This document shows positions 58,459 through 64,000 of a stretch of 64,000 nt of DNA, piece by piece. The stretch is taken from assembly GCF_000009045.1 (NCBI RefSeq), contig NC_000964.3:248001-312000 (forward strand), written 5' to 3'. The DNA comes from Bacillus subtilis subsp. subtilis str. 168 (lineage in GTDB: Bacteria > Bacillota > Bacilli > Bacillales > Bacillaceae). How positions within the stretch are numbered: the stretch's first letter is position 1; each line of letters begins with the position of its first letter. Position numbers and translations under genes: made by a program. The notes beneath the pieces are model-generated. The model ran no database searches, was not told the DNA's origin, and saw nothing but the letters and a program-made list of their open reading frames with translations.

Positions 58459-60144
58459 ATGAAAACAGACTGGTGGAAGGATGCAGTGGTGTACCAAATT
58501 TACCCGAGAAGCTTTCAGGACAGCAATGGAGACGGAATTGGGGACTTGCGGGGGATTATTTCCCGTCTTGACTACATAAAGGAGCTCGGGGCAGATGTGA
58601 TTTGGATTTGCCCGATCTATCCTTCTCCGAATGTTGATTACGGCTATGATGTGACAAACCATAAGGCGATTATGGATTCTTACGGAACAATGGACGATTT
58701 TCACGAGCTGCTGGACCAGGTGCATCAGCGGGGATTAAAGCTGGTGATGGACTTTGTGTTAAATCACACCTCGGTCGAGCATCCGTGGTTTAAAGAAGCG
58801 GAGCTGGACAAAAACAGCAAATACCGTAGCTATTATTATTGGCGTCCCGGCACAAAGAACGGCCCGCCGACGGACTGGCTCTCAAACTATGGATGCCCGG
58901 TCTGGCAATACGAAGAGCACACCGGAGAATACTATCTCCATATGAATGCCGTCAAACAAGCTGATTTAAACTGGGAAAATCCCGAAGTTCGCCAGGCGGT
59001 GTATGACATGATGAAATTTTGGCTCGATAAAGGGGTCGACGGTTTGCGAATTGATCAGCTCCATCTCATTTCTAAGAAAGAATATCTTCCTTCGTATGAG
59101 GACTATATCAATCAGCAGGCAGAGCCGAAGCCCTTTCAGCCAAATGGCGAACGAATCCATGACTATTTAAAAGAAATCACAGATGAAGTGTTTTCTCATT
59201 ATGATGTCATGTCTGTCGGAGAGGTCGGCAGTGTCACACCGGAAGAAGGCCTGAAATATACGGGAACAGATAAGCATGAGCTGAATATGATTTTTCACTT
59301 TCAGCATATGGAGCTTGATCAGCAGCCCGGAAAAGAACATTGGGATTTGAAGCCCCTTGAGCTTTCTGATTTAAAATCGGTTTTGACAAAATGGCAAAAG
59401 AAGCTTGAACATCAAGGCTGGAATACATTGTTTTGGTGCAACCACGACCAGCCCCGGATTGTGTCCAGATTCGGAGACGATGGGGAATACCGCAAAGCAT
59501 CAGCGAAAATGCTGGCAGCCGTAATTTATTTTATGAAGGGCACGCCGTATATTTATCAGGGAGAAGAAATCGGGATGACAAACGCGCCGTTCACCCGGAT
59601 TGAAGACTACAAAGATATCCAAACGATCAATATGTATCATAAACGGGTGTTTGAAAAAGGCTATGATCCAAATGATGTGATGAGATCGATCTTAGCCAAA
59701 AGCCGGGATCACGCCCGGACCCCGATGCAGTGGAACAGCGGCAAAAATGCCGGATTTACTGACGGCACGCCTTGGCTGAAGGTCAATCCGAACTTCACCG
59801 CAATCAATGTGGAGGAAGCGCAGGGAGATCCTGATTCTGTCTTAAACTATTACAAAAAGCTGATCAGCCTGAGAAAGCAGTACGCTGACCTCATGAAAGG
59901 GAGCTTTGATCTTTTGCTTCCGGACGATCCGCAGTTGTTTGTATACATGAGAGAAAACAGTAAACAACAGCTTTTGTCGGTCAATAATTTTTCAAAAGAG
60001 CAGGCTGTTTTTCAGTGGCCTAAGAACTGCGGCAAAGCTCAGGCCTCACTGCTTCTCAGCAATTATAACAACGATGATCTTGATGACGAAATGGTGTTCC
60101 GGCCTTATGAGAGCAGGGTCTATCTTCTGGACAAAACAAACTAA
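58459..60144 (+). CDS. ycdG: GH13 alpha-glucosidase/oligo-1,6-glucosidase-like enzyme
   Basis: YQIYPRSF, DLRG, NHTS, RID (Asp199), VGE, NHD, YQGEEIGM. Confidence 0.92.
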   Translation: MKTDWWKDAVVYQIYPRSFQDSNGDGIGDLRGIISRLDYIKELGADVIWICPIYPSPNVDYGYDVTNHKAIMDSYGTMDDFHELLDQVHQRGLKLVMDFVLNHTSVEHPWFKEAELDKNSKYRSYYYWRPGTKNGPPTDWLSNYGCPVWQYEEHTGEYYLHMNAVKQADLNWENPEVRQAVYDMMKFWLDKGVDGLRIDQLHLISKKEYLPSYEDYINQQAEPKPFQPNGERIHDYLKEITDEVFSHYDVMSVGEVGSVTPEEGLKYTGTDKHELNMIFHFQHMELDQQPGKEHWDLKPLELSDLKSVLTKWQKKLEHQGWNTLFWCNHDQPRIVSRFGDDGEYRKASAKMLAAVIYFMKGTPYIYQGEEIGMTNAPFTRIEDYKDIQTINMYHKRVFEKGYDPNDVMRSILAKSRDHARTPMQWNSGKNAGFTDGTPWLKVNPNFTAINVEEAQGDPDSVLNYYKKLISLRKQYADLMKGSFDLLLPDDPQLFVYMRENSKQQLLSVNNFSKEQAVFQWPKNCGKAQASLLLSNYNNDDLDDEMVFRPYESRVYLLDKTN

Positions 60145-60154
60145 TGATTGAAGT

Positions 60155-60182
60155 AGCCCGGCATTTTTAGCCGGGTTTTTTT
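60155..60182 (+). terminator. Terminator after ycdG
   Basis: AGCCCGGC/GCCGGGTT stem plus Ts. Confidence 0.8.
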
Positions 60183-60280
60183 AGTACATATATTCGCTCT
60201 GCAGGCGGGAAGAATAAATGAAAATGAAATTTATTCTTGCAAAACGTAATGACTTCGGTTTATTATGATATAGGATTACA

Positions 60281-60301
60281 AAATCGTTATCATTTTGATT
60301 T
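60281..60301 (+). promoter_or_regulatory. Zur box upstream of znuA
   Basis: AAATCGTTATCATTTTGATTT vs consensus AAATCGTAATNATTACGATTT (3 mismatches). Confidence 0.75.
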
Positions 60302-60331
60302 AAAGTTACTGAAAAAGAGGGGATATACGAT

Positions 60332-61291
60332 ATGTTTAAAAAATGGAGCGGTTTGTTTGTGATTGCAGCGTGCTTTTTATTAGTTGCAGCATGCGGCAAC
60401 TCATCAACAAAAGGGTCGGCGGATTCAAAGGGTGATAAACTGCACGTTGTCACAACGTTCTACCCGATGTATGAATTCACAAAACAAATTGTAAAAGACA
60501 AAGGCGATGTGGATCTGTTAATCCCATCTTCCGTTGAACCGCATGATTGGGAACCGACGCCGAAAGACATTGCCAACATTCAGGATGCTGATTTGTTCGT
60601 TTATAATAGTGAATACATGGAGACATGGGTTCCGTCAGCTGAAAAAAGCATGGGCCAAGGCCATGCCGTTTTCGTTAATGCAAGCAAAGGCATTGATTTA
60701 ATGGAAGGCTCTGAAGAAGAACACGAAGAGCATGATCATGGGGAGCATGAGCACAGTCATGCAATGGACCCTCACGTATGGCTTAGCCCTGTTCTGGCAC
60801 AGAAGGAAGTTAAAAATATTACGGCTCAAATCGTGAAGCAGGACCCGGATAACAAAGAATACTATGAGAAAAATAGTAAAGAATATATTGCAAAACTGCA
60901 GGATCTTGATAAACTATATCGTACAACCGCAAAAAAAGCGGAGAAAAAAGAATTTATCACGCAGCATACAGCTTTTGGCTATCTGGCAAAAGAATACGGC
61001 TTGAAGCAGGTTCCGATTGCAGGGCTTTCACCTGACCAAGAACCGAGCGCAGCCAGCTTGGCAAAGCTGAAAACATATGCCAAAGAACATAATGTAAAAG
61101 TTATTTACTTTGAAGAAATTGCATCCTCAAAGGTCGCAGATACGCTCGCCAGTGAAATCGGCGCGAAGACAGAAGTGCTGAATACACTGGAAGGCTTGAG
61201 CAAAGAAGAACAGGATAAAGGTTTAGGGTATATCGACATTATGAAACAAAACCTCGATGCCCTGAAAGATTCACTATTGGTTAAATCATAA
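60332..61291 (+). CDS. znuA: Zinc ABC transporter binding lipoprotein (AdcA/ZnuA)
   Basis: Lipobox LVAAC; EPHDWEP; His/Glu-rich loop; DPHVWLSP. Confidence 0.95.
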   Translation: MFKKWSGLFVIAACFLLVAACGNSSTKGSADSKGDKLHVVTTFYPMYEFTKQIVKDKGDVDLLIPSSVEPHDWEPTPKDIANIQDADLFVYNSEYMETWVPSAEKSMGQGHAVFVNASKGIDLMEGSEEEHEEHDHGEHEHSHAMDPHVWLSPVLAQKEVKNITAQIVKQDPDNKEYYEKNSKEYIAKLQDLDKLYRTTAKKAEKKEFITQHTAFGYLAKEYGLKQVPIAGLSPDQEPSAASLAKLKTYAKEHNVKVIYFEEIASSKVADTLASEIGAKTEVLNTLEGLSKEEQDKGLGYIDIMKQNLDALKDSLLVKS

Positions 61292-61292
61292 G

Positions 61293-61327
61293 ATAGTGTG
61301 CGCCGGAGGGGTGCACACTATTTCTTT
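61293..61327 (+). terminator. Intercistronic hairpin after znuA
   Basis: ATAGTGTGC/GCACACTAT stem followed by TTTCTTT. Confidence 0.55.
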
Positions 61328-61346
61328 GTGAGAAAGGAAGATTAAC

Positions 61347-62842
<1,496 letters not shown>

Positions 62843-62846
62843 CATG

Positions 62847-62880
62847 AAAAGCAGTTTTCCCTAGGGAAAACTGCTTTTTT
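62847..62880. terminator. Bidirectional terminator znuB/yceB
   Basis: 32-bp perfect palindrome AAAAGCAGTTTTCCCT|AGGGAAAACTGCTTTT. Confidence 0.9.
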
Positions 62881-63875
62881 TATAGAAACAATTCGGCAAG
62901 GCGCTCATAAGATTCTTTTTTCGCCTCAAAATCAAACACATTGCACAGAACCATGATTTCATTTGTTTCGTAGCAGCCTGTGAGGTCTAACAGCTGTTGT
63001 TTGACAGTGGTGGGAGAACCGATCACCATCCGCTTTCTGTTTTCTTCTATGAGTTTTTTATCGGACGCTGTATAGGGATGAGCTTTCGCTTCCTCGATGC
63101 TTGGCACGCGGCTGTCCAAGCCTTTTCCGACGCGAAGAAGCCACAGATCCTGGCTTAATGCGAGTTCTTCTGCCTCTTCATCTGTTTTTGCGCAAATGAC
63201 AAAAATCGTAAACAGTGCGGATGGATTCGAAAAATGGGCTGAGGGCCGAAAGCTTTCCCGGTAGATGCGGAATGCATTTTCTCCTCGCTCGGGATTAATG
63301 AAATGCCCAAATACATATCCAATCCCCTGGTGCGCCGCGCGTCTTGCGCTGTTTTCACCAAGACCGAGCACCCATAGCTCGGGTGCCGTACCAATAAGGG
63401 GCGCCGCTTTGATTCCGGCATACGGATGGTCGGGAGGAAGGGAATCTGTTAGAAAATAAGAGACATCCTGCAGCTGTCTGTTAAATTCGGTTAAGCTTTT
63501 TTTCACCCCGTCCGTTAATGCAAGTCTGGTTTTTGTCGTGCCGCCGGGGGAGCGACCGACGCCGAGGTCAATCCGGTTTGGATACAGGGCCTCAAGCTGG
63601 CGAAAGGTTTCAGCCACTTTAAATGGGCTGTATTGGGGCAGAAGCACGCCGCCTGATCCGACACGAATGGTGTTTGTCTGTGCTGCGATGCGGGCGATCA
63701 TGATTTCAGGCGCTGTGCTTGCCAGTCCTTTCGTGCTGTGATGCTCGGCAAACCAATAACGCTTATAGCCCCACTGTTCGCTTAATTGGGCAAGCTCAAC
63801 CGAATGCTGGAGAGTTGTCACAGGGCTTTCTCCTTTAGAAACAGGTGCCTGATCAAGTATGCTTAAATGAATCAA
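62880..63875 (-). CDS. yceB: Luciferase-like (LLM) flavin-dependent monooxygenase
   Basis: LSILDQAP, YWFAEHH, IRVGSGGVLLP, RIDLGVGRSPG; TTG start after AGAAAGGA. Confidence 0.92.
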   Translation of the reverse strand: MIHLSILDQAPVSKGESPVTTLQHSVELAQLSEQWGYKRYWFAEHHSTKGLASTAPEIMIARIAAQTNTIRVGSGGVLLPQYSPFKVAETFRQLEALYPNRIDLGVGRSPGGTTKTRLALTDGVKKSLTEFNRQLQDVSYFLTDSLPPDHPYAGIKAAPLIGTAPELWVLGLGENSARRAAHQGIGYVFGHFINPERGENAFRIYRESFRPSAHFSNPSALFTIFVICAKTDEEAEELALSQDLWLLRVGKGLDSRVPSIEEAKAHPYTASDKKLIEENRKRMVIGSPTTVKQQLLDLTGCYETNEIMVLCNVFDFEAKKESYERLAELFL

Positions 63876-64000
63876 AAGGCCGCTTCCTTTCTGTCTGTTT
63901 TTAGATGGTGACACCAGAATAGGCAAAATGACTTGCCCGCGTCAAATGGTTTGTTTAAGAAGCGCACTTTATAGCATTTGCAAATCATATATCAAATATG

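Overview
Chromosomal core and accessory region of Bacillus subtilis. Gene order and protein sequences match the pssA-ybf-gam-ybg-gln-ycb-phoD-tat-lmr-ycc-nat-ycd-znu-yceB segment, recognised from memory as about 248-312 kb of strain 168. About 65 CDS cover phosphatidylethanolamine synthesis, glucosamine PTS and catabolism, BCAA transaminase, S-methylmethionine use, the glutamine GlnKL system, glucarate/galactarate catabolism, a macrolide phosphotransferase, the T-box/anti-TRAP operon, an orphan TCS plus ABC transporter, CwlJ, PhoD with its dedicated Tat, LmrAB, AnsZ, lipase A, NatKR-NatAB, RapJ and the Zur-regulated zinc ABC transporter. I saw no rRNA, tRNA, CRISPR, IS or prophage. The best novel candidate is a 12-codon leader peptide (MAFIRFRVTRIQ, with the R-x-R macrolide-arrest motif) followed by a terminator/antiterminator and an RBS-sequestering helix upstream of the macrolide kinase gene, i.e. 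a probable antibiotic-sensing attenuator. Other candidates: YbfN as a stand-alone sigma-70 region-2-like protein, YccF as a SEC-C plus TFIIB-like protein, an internal in-frame start in ybfP, a probable AUA start for glnK, a uORF before ycbC, and a promoter-plus-terminator leader before ybgF. All homology statements come from motif reading and recall, not from database searches.
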